A DNA stretch of 57,049 nt from Trichinella spiralis. Lineage: Eukaryota. This document shows positions 17,020 through 28,642 of the stretch, piece after piece. Under the pieces are notes generated by a model, which saw only the letters and a list, made by a program, of their open reading frames with translations, did no database searches and was not told where the DNA came from. Each line of letters opens with the position of its first letter. The stretch's first letter is position 1. A program made the position numbers and the translations under genes. Location of the stretch: NCBI RefSeq assembly GCF_000181795.1, contig NW_003526945.1:380405-437453 (forward strand), written 5' to 3'.

Positions 17020-18945
17020 CTATATAACATCCGTTGATAATCGAGGCGTTTTAATCAACTCATTTATGATATTACTATCGTATAATGCTACACATTTATT
17101 TCCCTTACAAGGTTCTTTCAAAGGTTTTATCAATATCCATTTACCTGCACGGATGTCATACATTTCAACGTGATGAAGATCATTCATACCATCGTATCCG
17201 CCAACTGCGTAAATGTTGTTATTTAATGCACAAACACCAAAATAGGCACGCGCGTGAATCATGCCAGGCAACAGCCTTACAATGCCTTCTCGTGGGTCGA
17301 AGCTATGCAGTGCATCAGAATAACCAGATTGGGATGCTCCACCTAATATATATAAAACATCATCTGATGCACAAACACCCATTCCAGCAACCGGGAACAA
17401 CATGGTTCCAACTTGATGTACATGTTGTTGCTCAGGATCCAACTGGTATATAGTATTGCAGGGTTGGTAACTTTGTCGACTTTCGATTACATAAACGCGA
17501 CGACCGATCTGTGAAGCTTCTAAGTCACTTATAGCTCCAGGCAGAGAACAAACTTTATGCATACAATTTTCCAAAGGGTCGAACATCAAACATGAAGTAC
17601 TCATGAAATCACTGCCCACTCTTCCAATAAATAAAATATTGTCATTGAACGGTAAAATAATGCCGTTTGCGATTTCGCAATCCATATGTCCATAACAATG
17701 CACACCTTGCGTGTTGCTTTTTAATTTAATACTGTATATTCCATTTGATGTAATGTCTCTGCCATAGCCTCCAACGAAGAACAGCTCATCTTTATTTAAA
17801 GCCAATCCATGATAAGCCGCACGTATTTCTAAATGTGGGAGGATTGTGATCCAATCATTCATTTCAGTGTCATATAGTTGTATGGCGCTACTATACTGAC
17901 TGTTCAGCATTCCACCGTGGTTTATAACTGCTGACGATGGCATTCGATAGGAGAACTTATTTCTTTCCACAAGTGAATACATTACTTCATGTTCGACCGG
18001 CGCGCCGTTTCTGAAGCAAAGCATTGCATTAACATCGTTTTCAAAAGACAGTTGCCCATGTGCCTCTTCCAAGAATGTAGTAATTTCTTTATTTGCGAAA
18101 TCACTTAGAAAAGGCAGTCGCAGTTCAGCTAAGAGCTTATCAGCTTTTTGAATTCTTGTTGCCCAGTCTGCGTTGATCCAGCGATGGATCACATTCCAGA
18201 TGTGATCTTCTCTAATCATACCGCGTTTCAAGAGAGTTAGTAATTGGCTTGATGGAAGATTTAATATTTTTTCGTTCCATAAAAATGCTTCCCTTACATT
18301 TTTTGCAATGTATTTTAAAGTGTAAGTTTTAACTTCTTCCATATCAAGCCAAACTGCCAAACAATAAATAGATATGCAACTGCTGCAATTAACCAATTCA
18401 ACAAGTTGTTGTCTGAGGGCTGCTTTCAAATACTGCAATTGGAGGAGGTCCCCCCAAATAAGCGTCTCATAAAAGTGATCACGGCATACAACTGTTTGCC
18501 TTTTTTCAATAAAGTTTATAATATATTGAAGAATATGCTCTGGCAATGAATTGATTTTATAAACACTCACAGGCTCTTTTGGTGGATGACGTGTAAACCA
18601 GTAAGAAAAGTGAGAGCTCTCTTTTTCAAGTAGGGAGCTGTGAGTTGAAACATATCCTATTCCTTTACCAAAAATGCGTATCTCTACACATGGCTTCTTT
18701 AAATCCTCCCCAGTAAAATGTGAACAGGTATCTTCGATTGAATATGGATGTACTAACTTTACATCTTTTTCGATTTCCCCGATTCCCAATTTTCCAGTCG
18801 CAAGCATTTCCACATATTGCTGTAATTCTTTACTTGTGCTGTTATCTAAATCCATACGGTTTGGGTAAGTTTCTTCTACCATAAACGTACTTTCGAATGA
18901 TTCAATTTCTAGAAGTACAGCACTCATAAGAAAAACAAGCAGCAT
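17020..18945 (-). CDS. Intronless BTB-BACK-Kelch (KLHL-like) protein
   Basis: 641-aa uninterrupted ORF. Degenerate BTB (HSSLLEKESSHF..ILQYIINFI..GDLLQLQYLK), BACK (VNCSSCISIY..IWNVIHRWINAD..LLAELRLPFL) and Kelch repeats (LFFVGGY, LYILGG, IYAVGGYDGMNDLHHVEMYDIRAGKW). The true start may be Met22 (18882), downstream of a TTCTAG acceptor. Confidence 0.93.
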   Translation of the reverse strand: MLLVFLMSAVLLEIESFESTFMVEETYPNRMDLDNSTSKELQQYVEMLATGKLGIGEIEKDVKLVHPYSIEDTCSHFTGEDLKKPCVEIRIFGKGIGYVSTHSSLLEKESSHFSYWFTRHPPKEPVSVYKINSLPEHILQYIINFIEKRQTVVCRDHFYETLIWGDLLQLQYLKAALRQQLVELVNCSSCISIYCLAVWLDMEEVKTYTLKYIAKNVREAFLWNEKILNLPSSQLLTLLKRGMIREDHIWNVIHRWINADWATRIQKADKLLAELRLPFLSDFANKEITTFLEEAHGQLSFENDVNAMLCFRNGAPVEHEVMYSLVERNKFSYRMPSSAVINHGGMLNSQYSSAIQLYDTEMNDWITILPHLEIRAAYHGLALNKDELFFVGGYGRDITSNGIYSIKLKSNTQGVHCYGHMDCEIANGIILPFNDNILFIGRVGSDFMSTSCLMFDPLENCMHKVCSLPGAISDLEASQIGRRVYVIESRQSYQPCNTIYQLDPEQQHVHQVGTMLFPVAGMGVCASDDVLYILGGASQSGYSDALHSFDPREGIVRLLPGMIHARAYFGVCALNNNIYAVGGYDGMNDLHHVEMYDIRAGKWILIKPLKEPCKGNKCVALYDSNIINELIKTPRLSTDVI

Positions 18946-20264
18946 ATTATTTAAGAAAATTTAATTCAAATATTAATTTTTCTTTGGGTTAAACAGTACA
19001 TTGTAAAAATTGAAAAGCGTCTTCAAAGACAAAAGTTAAAATCACATTCGTTTAATTTTTATTTTTCTATGGTAGTCGGTAACAAATTACAAATAAAAGA
19101 TGAATCTGTGTGTTCTTGAAATTTCATTATAGAGGTGTAATTTTAGCACTTATTGTGACTGTCTTCAAAAAATGAAATTTGAACGTTGTACCAATTCAAG
19201 AAAATAAATAATGTTGAAATGAAACATAATTTCACTATGACATTATTTGAAACGTTCAACAAGTGAGCCCGCACGGTGAAATTAATAATTAAGTGTTTTC
19301 GGTACTTACTGTTGGAGGTCATAGTTCTTCTTTGGCAATTTGACTTGCTGAGACGTAAAAAATGATTTATCGTTACTTTCTTGTAATGGATAAGTGATTA
19401 ATCTATGCAACGTTGTTTAATAACAATAATGACGAATAAAACCAACTGCAACGTTTAAAGCAAAACGTGATGAACGCTGATAATAAGTACCGTAATTAAA
19501 GTAGAATTTGACTACCTGCTTATCTCCATTTGAAAATCGAAGTTGTCCCAGAAATTATAATTATTTTTAATTAGCTTTTAATAGGCGTGAAAAGCATTGT
19601 CATTACTGTTTTTAAATTCTTTTCTCCATAAATGTTGTGAAATTTCATTATAAATTTACATATAAATATATTTTATGCACTTATACGTTTTTCAATGTAT
19701 AATGTTTTATGGTTCTTTAAAAATGAATATTTCATCCGAATTGGAGAATACATTTTATTAAAAATTTTTTTTTCTTTTATTGTGATCTTTTTATAATCTT
19801 TGTAAAATTAATGAAAGTTACAGTACGTTTTATAAGTTCCTTTATGTTTACGAAATTTGTAAATATTGAAGATAATTAGTAATTAGAAGAGAATTTTCGT
19901 CAAAGTGAATAATTTTTTTGTTATTTTTGTTTGAAATGAAGTAATTTCTCTTGTCACGCGAATTTCAATTTTTCAATTTCTGCTGTTGTATATTCAAAAT
20001 ATAATTTGTGAATCAAACTGTTGGTAATGCTGCTTTGAACAGTGATTAAAGTATGTTTCTTTATTTTCAACTTTTTTTGCGTTACTTTGTTTTTATTGTT
20101 AAGTTTCTGATGAAACATGCATGAAAGTTGTTTTGTGATTTCTAAATGCTACTTGAAGCAAGTCGATGCTTTTTAATTAACTTTGACTATCATATCAATT
20201 TAATGTACGCGGTATCGCATGCTTAAGCTGTAGGCTTTGAATTCAGAAGCTTTTACGCTCGTCA

Positions 20265-20590
20265 TTTGCATTACTTTCTTCTTTTTCATGTTCTTTTAAA
20301 TTGTATTGAATACATGCACAATCCACCATTGAGATTTACTGAACAAACAAGTGTTTTTCTGATACAATCAATGTAGCTGCTTCTATATTCTGTTTACTTT
20401 ATGTGTTTCACACTCGCGAAAATGTCAGCGTGATTCTAGTTTTGATTTCATCATCTTCTAAGCAGCGCTTAGCTGTGTGTTCTCGTTTTGACTGTGTGAT
20501 GCTTATCTTATCGCATTTACATATTTCCAGTTAGAATGAAAACAGGAAATGCGATATGTTTTTATTTGTTCGGTTTTTTTATTAAGGGGC
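20265..20590. repeat. Diverged direct repeat, copy B (partner at 16050-16360)
   Basis: Same alignment as copy A, offset about 4.22 kb, same orientation. Boundaries approximate. Confidence 0.88.
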
Positions 20591-23500
20591 TTTTGAACAT
20601 TTTCTGAATAAATTCTTTCTTTCTATTATTTATACGTATTTTTCAACATGTTTCTACGTTTTTCGAGTTTCTGGCGGTTCTCTGATATCAAGTCAACCGA
20701 GACAATAGTATAAGGAACTGCTATTCATTAATCTTTACCTATTTGATGATGTAGATTTTTTGCAGTAACCTAGTTATTTATCTGAATTTTTTTATTTTTC
20801 TAATGTGCGTTTTATTCTTCTTGACTTTCTGCTTTCTACTTTATACGTCATATTACTATAATCGATGCTGAAATATTCTTGTCGACATGTCATGAACGAC
20901 ATGAAGATCATGAAAGGTCGACATATTCTAAAGCTTTATCCTGAATATTCATTTGATAATGCATTTTTTCATATAATGCACAATTGTTCATTCGTGGCTA
21001 AACTCATTTTGTTTGAAATCACATCAAAAAATTCGAATGGTTCATTATTTTTAGAAAAAGCAGGATGTGGACAAGTCTTTGATGACAGTTCCTTTTCGTA
21101 GCATGGACTCTGTTTTTCTTTATTTTCTTCCCCAAAAAATAATGTAATTAATAAATTATGAACCTTTCTATAAAGCGTAAAAAACAAAAAATTTATTCCA
21201 ATGCATTAAAAACTATTTGTTTATTTATTAAACTGCATATTTGAATAACGGTAGTTTTATTTGAAACAATTAGACAACTATATAATTGCATCTTTTAAAA
21301 GACATAAAACTGTTTTCGCTGTACTAATTCTTAACATGCTTTGTCTGTTTATGTAATAATTATTTTAGCCGTTGTTCTAAAATATTCTCTTTAAAAAGCT
21401 AATAATTAATTTTAACTTTTCGTTATAAACAATGAAATTATTTCAAACAGAAAACGTGAATACATTTTGCTGATTTTACAGAAACTATAACATGACTTGG
21501 CGGTAAATTGCTAAAAACGTACGATTACGTAAAGCTGAAATTTACAGAAACCATTTTTTACATGCATTTGTTTTTCATTAAAGAATGAATGCTGTCTACT
21601 TCATGTTGTGGGTTTTAAGAGAAGCATTTGTTATTTCAAATTGTGTTGAATAATTAAAATTTAAATAACAAATTCAAATTCAAGAAATCTTATAGTCGAA
21701 ATAAATTAGAACCATGTCATTTATCTTACAATATTAATTATTAAAATATTAAAAGAGAAAAATGGAGAGAATAAAAATTGAGCCTTTTTGATTACCTGAA
21801 ATGTGTTACTACGACTATCAGTTTATTATATGAATGTTGCAGCAATGTAATAACAGTTGCTACTTTCATTTAGAAGATCAACGCCGGAAATGTTTATTAA
21901 ATTAAAATAATAAGCGCCAATAATTTACTGCCAAACCCTCTTCAACCAATCTGACAACAAGTGAGGCTGCTTACATTGCTGTATAACGGTTGTAGTTGGT
22001 TGCTTAACTGTTATTTAGTTTTGAAATATATGTATATAAATCTATGCGCACAATTTCAGCTTTATAATTCACATTTAGTATTTTAATGTACATATATGCA
22101 TTAAATAATATTCATAAAATTTTCTAGAATTTTTGTTACCAATACTTGTACCTTGACTGATAAATATTTTTTTATTATTATACTGCATGATAAAATTATT
22201 TTAAATTAAAACTGTACATCACTTTTATTTAAAATTTCTACGTTAAGAAGCCTCATATTATTTGAACCTGCCAGTATCGCACGGTAATACAGACCACCAA
22301 AGTGAGCAGATCAACAACTGGCAAAATGGTTTATTGTTTTACTTCGTTAGTTAAATGATTTGTGACGTGCTCAGTTTAGTTATTTGTTTTTATTATAATA
22401 GACATGAAGTTCCGTACCATGAAATAAATGTGATTGCCGTGGGTTCCTATTAAATACCGCATTGTGCTACTGTTTATCTAGAAACTCATTAGAACTCTTG
22501 GCGAATAGAATAGCGAGATCACGCCATTTTATTTATAGAGGCGGTAGTGTTAATGTACTGTAATTGGAGCAAGTAAGCGTAATGGTTTTATGTTATGCAT
22601 TGCGCAATTCAAATCTAAGTTTATGAAAATTACATAACGGATCACAGTTGATTTTAACGCATTAGCAGAACTAAAAGTTAATTTTTTAAATTTAAAAATA
22701 AATTTATAAAGTTCCCCAGAATGGGCAGTCTACTGATTCACCAGGAAATAAATCACCTTATGCATCATGTCAATAAATAACGGCGAATAAATAATTTTGT
22801 TTTCTTAATTTGTGGAGAAAAAATTTTAATTCAGCAGAACAAATGCAGTTCTGCAACACAGCAACTGTTATTGAAGCACTGAGAATGTTTTTTTCAGCAT
22901 CACTGTCTCCGCATAATAGTATATTTTGTTGCAGCAATTTGATCGTTTCATATTGCAGATAGATTAAAATAAAAAATGATCAAATTCGAGGGAATTGTTA
23001 TTTTTTGTGCATATTCAGCGTTATGGACAATAAATATTTTTTTCTGGTTAGTATCACAAAAATCATCGCTGTGCTTTCATAAGAGAGATGTAATTCGAGT
23101 GTGACAACTTGTTCATTACAGCTATCATGAGGGCATGATTATGTCAAAGATTGGTTGAATCACAAAATTTTATTATTTAAATAAACTGTGACGCATTTGA
23201 AAATCACTGCATTGTTAATGCTTTTTGTCAGTTTTGATGTTGCATTCAGTTGAACTTCTTAAAGATTACTAATGCATACAATGTAATCTTGAAAATTTAA
23301 CAGAGTTGGAAAATATTCTCTTACAGTTTTAAAAATTAGGAACACTAAAAATTTGCGTAGAAATTCATACTAGATACGTAAACAAAGACAAACGTTTAAT
23401 GAAAAAGATTAATTATTAACACTTAAATTTCATTATCACTTCCAAGATAGGTAAATATCATAGAACCTTTTATGAATAGCGTTGATACCATCCACTGACG

Positions 23501-24517
23501 ATATTGCAGTTAACCCGGAGGGCAGAGCATACAGCTAATTTGCTAATCTGATTCGCGAGTTGGTGTTCAATTTGTTTGCCTTTGCGCTGCTTTGCTTATG
23601 TGAAATTTATTGTATTATTTTGAAGTCTGTGCTATTTCTTTTTTCAAAACTAACAAATAAACTTCAAATTAGAAAGTGGTATAATATTATTTGATTGTAT
23701 TTGTTTTTGGCGTGTTAATTTATATTGTGGCAGTGAGGAATTGCGTGGTGAATGAAAAGAACAAAGACGACTAATTGTGTTGAATAATATTGCCCACAGA
23801 CGTTACACATCTACTCTGCAACAATAATACATGCCACCTATAAATGGAAAATAATTGAAACGTATTGCATTGCTTTATTTCATGTTTAATTTGAAATGCA
23901 AAGCATTTCATGAAATTACTGTAGTCATATGTTGTTTAATTTTATAAAATTCAGCGCTTCCCTTTTTTACAGCTTTATTTTTAATGCTGAACTGCTTGCT
24001 TTTGAACATTTTGATAATTGAGTCGAGAATTTTTATGAAAATTAATTTCATCTTTATTACTTTCAATTTCTTGGTAATCTGTTCATTACTGCAATAATTT
24101 CGAAATTATTATCAAAATTGTAATTTTAAATATTAATAATTTACTGACAATTTACCAGAGTGTAAGTTTGAATTGTTTAAATAATTATGCTTAATATAGA
24201 AGAATTTTTCAACAAATTTGCAACTACTCTTGAATATTATTAGAATTTGTCAATTTTGTGCACTGATATTAAATTCAGTGTTTAGTTTTGAACAATGCAA
24301 ATTGTCACATCATAAGTTTAATAATCACTTTTGAAAAATCATACTTCATTCCTTGAATGTATCCACCAAAGCATGGAAATTTAAAATCTGATTTATGCAA
24401 ATTGCATGATTTATAAAGGCGCGTCAGTCATCACATTTAGTATGAAAAAATTTTTGAAATAATCATAAAATGTAATTTTGCTAAATATGAATCATGTATA
24501 AAATTAGTAGTAATTAA

Positions 24518-25087
24518 TTATTCCAAAACAGAGTCAGCAATGTTGAGGTGATGCTCTTCTGCGCGACATTGACCAGAACAGTCTGCCTTGTTCAACGCCC
24601 CGTTTTCATTATGAGAAGAGTGCCCATTATCAGATTGCATTGACTCTTGATGAATCATCACTTCCTTGTTTGCTTCTTGCAGGTCTCTTTTATTTCTTTT
24701 CAGCAATTTCTGCTCTTTAGACTTTTTGTTAAAAGATCTAGCTCCATCGGCAGTTGCAGCAGTAGTACTGGTAGTGGTGATTTGTGTTTTGTTTTTTCTT
24801 CGCTTCTGAGATTTCTCCTCTTCTTTGGAACGGTTCTCTTTCCCACGTCGACTTTGTTTTTCACGTTCTCTACTAAACAAAAAATGCTAATAATAATAAT
24901 TTTCATAATAGGTTAAAAAATAATAAATTCATCACTTTTGACGATGTTCTTTGCGTCCTCCTGGTGTGGAGCTGATTTCTTGATTTCGGTTTTTCTTGGA
25001 TCCGCGTTTTTTGGCTTCACAGTTGTCAATTAACAGAACAGCAACAACGACTGTCAGCAGTAGCAGAAAAAATACCGGTGCACGCAT
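24518..25087 (-). CDS. Uncharacterised secreted Lys/Arg-rich protein (168 aa, two exons)
   Basis: Exon 1 25087-24936 encodes MRAPVFFLLLLTVVVAVLLIDNCEA-KKRGSKKNRNQ... It joins in frame across a 63-nt GT-AG intron to exon 2 24872-24518 (REREKQSRRGK..QKRRKNK..LKRNKRDLQE..SVLE*). TTTCAG acceptor lies 13 nt upstream of the ATG. Confidence 0.8.
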
Positions 25088-28000
25088 GGTACTGGTGATG
25101 CTGAAATGAGAAATTTTCTATGTGAAAATTGAAGCTGCTAAACGTTGAAGGGAAAAGCGCTTTTCGCTGGTCAGCGAAAGGGAAAATTTGCTATGCATGA
25201 GAGGCAGTGAAATATAAATATATATATATATTATATAGTTGCACTGAGTTTCAACAAAAACACCAACCAACCAACCAATCAACAATGTTTTCAACGAATG
25301 GAACTTATCAGAATATTTGACAAACAAAACTGTTTTCCACACTCTCTGAAAGTAAATGATTTGCCATGAGATAAGCATTTTCCTGCTAGATGATAAATAG
25401 GCCAATAAAGATATCAACTGGGCTGGTTGAACATTGTATGATTGACATGTGACCGTTGCTAACCAAATGATAGCAAGCTTCAACAAGGCAGATGTGGAAA
25501 ATCAAAAAGCAACCAACCATCCAGCGTTTCACACGACACCACACAATGTCACTTTATCACACTTGCCGAGTATTATATTAGTATTATTATTATATGAAGA
25601 AAAATAAAATCAACTTCGATTTTAGCTGTCCAATTGATGGCTAAATTGTTTCTCGTTATTGCCAAATAAACTAAAGCAATTTAATCTCTGTTGTTCATAT
25701 CAATTTTCAATCAGATTGTTCGGAATGGAATAAATTTCATTGAAAAAAGCACAATAATAATAATAATAATGATACGTAAAATACATTAAAGCACGATCGA
25801 AACAGTTTTATACATGAATATTTTTAATATTGCAATCCAACATATTTATTTATCCACTAGGATCATTTTGTGCTGATGCGAAGCTCAATTGAAATGACAT
25901 GCTTCTTTGGTTATCAATCAAAATTGAGATAAAGATTTTTTTCGAAAATTTATTGAACTGACGTGCCTCTGCTATTAAAAAGCAAAAAATTCAAGAACGA
26001 TTTTAACTGACGCAAAAACAGCGGACAATCATTTTTAAAAGAAAAGTTTCTAAACTTCATCGTCATCGAAACAATCACTTTGAATTGAAATAGAAATTTT
26101 ACAAATTTTTACAATGCTTATTGAAAATTTTCAAAAATTATACCACACGAAAATCAATTTTCCAAATAGCTAGCAAAATTTACTCTTACAGGTAAGCATT
26201 TTGAATTATTTTCAAAAAAATAAACATGAGTTAGTGAACAATTTATTTCTTTGTGAACTAATCAACGAATATTATTTCACAACAGCCAGGCTTAGAAGTG
26301 ACATATTGCATGCAGATTGAAGTGGAAAATGATGGCTTCTGCCATTTCTTTTCTCGAAAAAAGCCGATTCATCTTAATTCAAGCAAAGCAGGAAGATGCT
26401 CTAAATTCAAGTAGGAAATATATATATATATTTTTTTACAACTTTCGCTGAGAAATAAAAAAATTAAACATTCCACACTGCTCATAAAAAAGCACACAAA
26501 TACAAATTTCATACTATAAAAATATTATAAAGAAGTGATGATCAACTAATTGAGTGACTTTGCAAAGAACGACAATTTTATTCCACGCTTTATTTTTGAA
26601 ATGATTTGAAAATTCAATTAGCATTGTTGCTGAGCATCAAAATTTTTGCAAGCATTTTTTTCGCATTTTCACATATGCTTAAACATCTGCTAATGCTGCG
26701 ATGAAACTAAGTAACAATCTGTTCGAATGGCAAAAAATTATAGACTTACAAATCTGTGTAGAAGTGAAACGCGTACACTCGTTGAACAAAGAGTAAAATG
26801 TTTTCTATGTTCTTAAGAAAACTATTACGAAGTTAATATTATTAAATTTTATGATAGCTGTAATTAAGACTATATTTGAACTTCGAAATGCGTTCATCTT
26901 TTTAAGCACATTGAATTCTTCAAAATGTGAATAGATGATATTAAATAATTATTTTCTTTCAATATATAAATTTATACTGAATTTATATTATTATAAAATG
27001 AAAAATATTTCAGCATATTTAAAACAATAAACTAACCAATGCTTCATGTGCGCCAATGTTACTTATTTCAACCAAAATTATCTATTATCTGAAGCAGTTA
27101 TCTATTAGCGTATATTTGAAATAAATTTTGCAACTATTTTAACAAAAGTTAGATTTATTGCAACAATTAGTCAAGAAAAACATCTCATCTCAAAACTGCA
27201 GTGCAAAAGCAGAAAAATAAATACGTCCTGTGTTGTCGTACTTTGACCCGTTGATTACGATGATCATTAATAGAAGGCTTATTTTGCATTAGCTTTTTTT
27301 CAACAAAAATTACAAAATTTTCTGCTAATCATCGTTAATCGTGCAATGCAATGTTAATTTAAAAGAAATTTGAGTACTTGGAAATTTTCATCTCACTAAT
27401 CTGTTTAACCAGTAAACCTATTATTTTAGTGTTGGTTCAGCAGATTTCACTTAGTGGATTATCTGATTAATTACAAATTGTTTTCCAAGGTGGATTTGAT
27501 TCAAATATTATTTATGGTTAAAATCACAAAATGCATCGGATATTGTTAAAACGTTTAATAATTTATGATTCGTACGATAATTTATTAATTGGACAGCAAG
27601 ATTTATTATGCACAGCAACTGTGCAGTTTAAAACCAACAATTTATTACACTGATAAATCAAAATTGTTCCATAAAAAGTTATTAATGTTTATTACTTTAA
27701 TGCAATACGATATAACTTTTCCCGATTAAATTGCTGAATTTTTTTGTTTATAAAAATACTACATCAGTGAAAACAATGTAGCATATGTTGCTGAAAAGCA
27801 GAAAACCAGACAAAGTATTTGTTAAGCATTTGATACTTTGAAATAGCAAGCCATAATTTATTTGATTCATGTTGTATTAAATAATTAATTAATTTTTTAC
27901 CTCACTGTATTAAAAACTAACAAAATATAGGCGTATTTTTGAGTATAGTTAATAAAGATGTAACTGCACTGACTAATATCAGTTCTACGCTTAAATTTCA

Positions 28001-28642
28001 AATAAATAAATTAATTAATTAAATTAACAATAAAAATTTATAAAAAGCATTATTCACTATAAAATTATATATATTTTATTGGTCAAGCAAATTTTGAAAG
28101 AATACATGAATTACAAAAATAATGTTCAAGTTTATTAAAATTAGGGATACGGTACTTATTTTGACGTGTAATTACACCTATCTTTATTTCTGTGTGGGTT
28201 GTTTATATTTATTTTTATTTGTTGACTTTGTAGCAGGTAATTATTATTTAACTGTGTATTGGCTTTTTAATTTTGTTTTTTTAATAGTTATTAAAAGAAA
28301 GCTGTGCACTATAGTTGCATAAATGTTGATTCCGTCATTTAAAAAATATTTCCTCAACCTTGAGAATTCTTATTAGATGAAAAAGAATAAATTTTAGATT
28401 TTACTTTAGCTAACATCTGTTATAGTTTTTGATTGCGTCATTTTGTAAATTTGATTATGAGCTGTTTTCATTGATTTTTAATTGACTCTAATTGGTGGCA
28501 TTATTGCTGTTCTCTTATTTATTGCTTTTATACACGTTGCTTTCATTTTTATTTCAGGTATGGAATGATATATTTATTTGATTCATTTTAATATATTTTG
28601 GTTATCGTTTGTAAATTTAAAGGTTGTTTTCCAATTCTGGCC

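Noticed and set aside
17085..17453. 122-aa + strand ORF
   Set aside because: Antisense shadow of the Kelch CDS.
25118..28500. Genes or ncRNAs in the AT-rich stretch upstream of the secreted gene (and likewise 21200-24500)
   Set aside because: No splice-consistent coding exons, tRNA or clear miRNA hairpin that I could support by eye.
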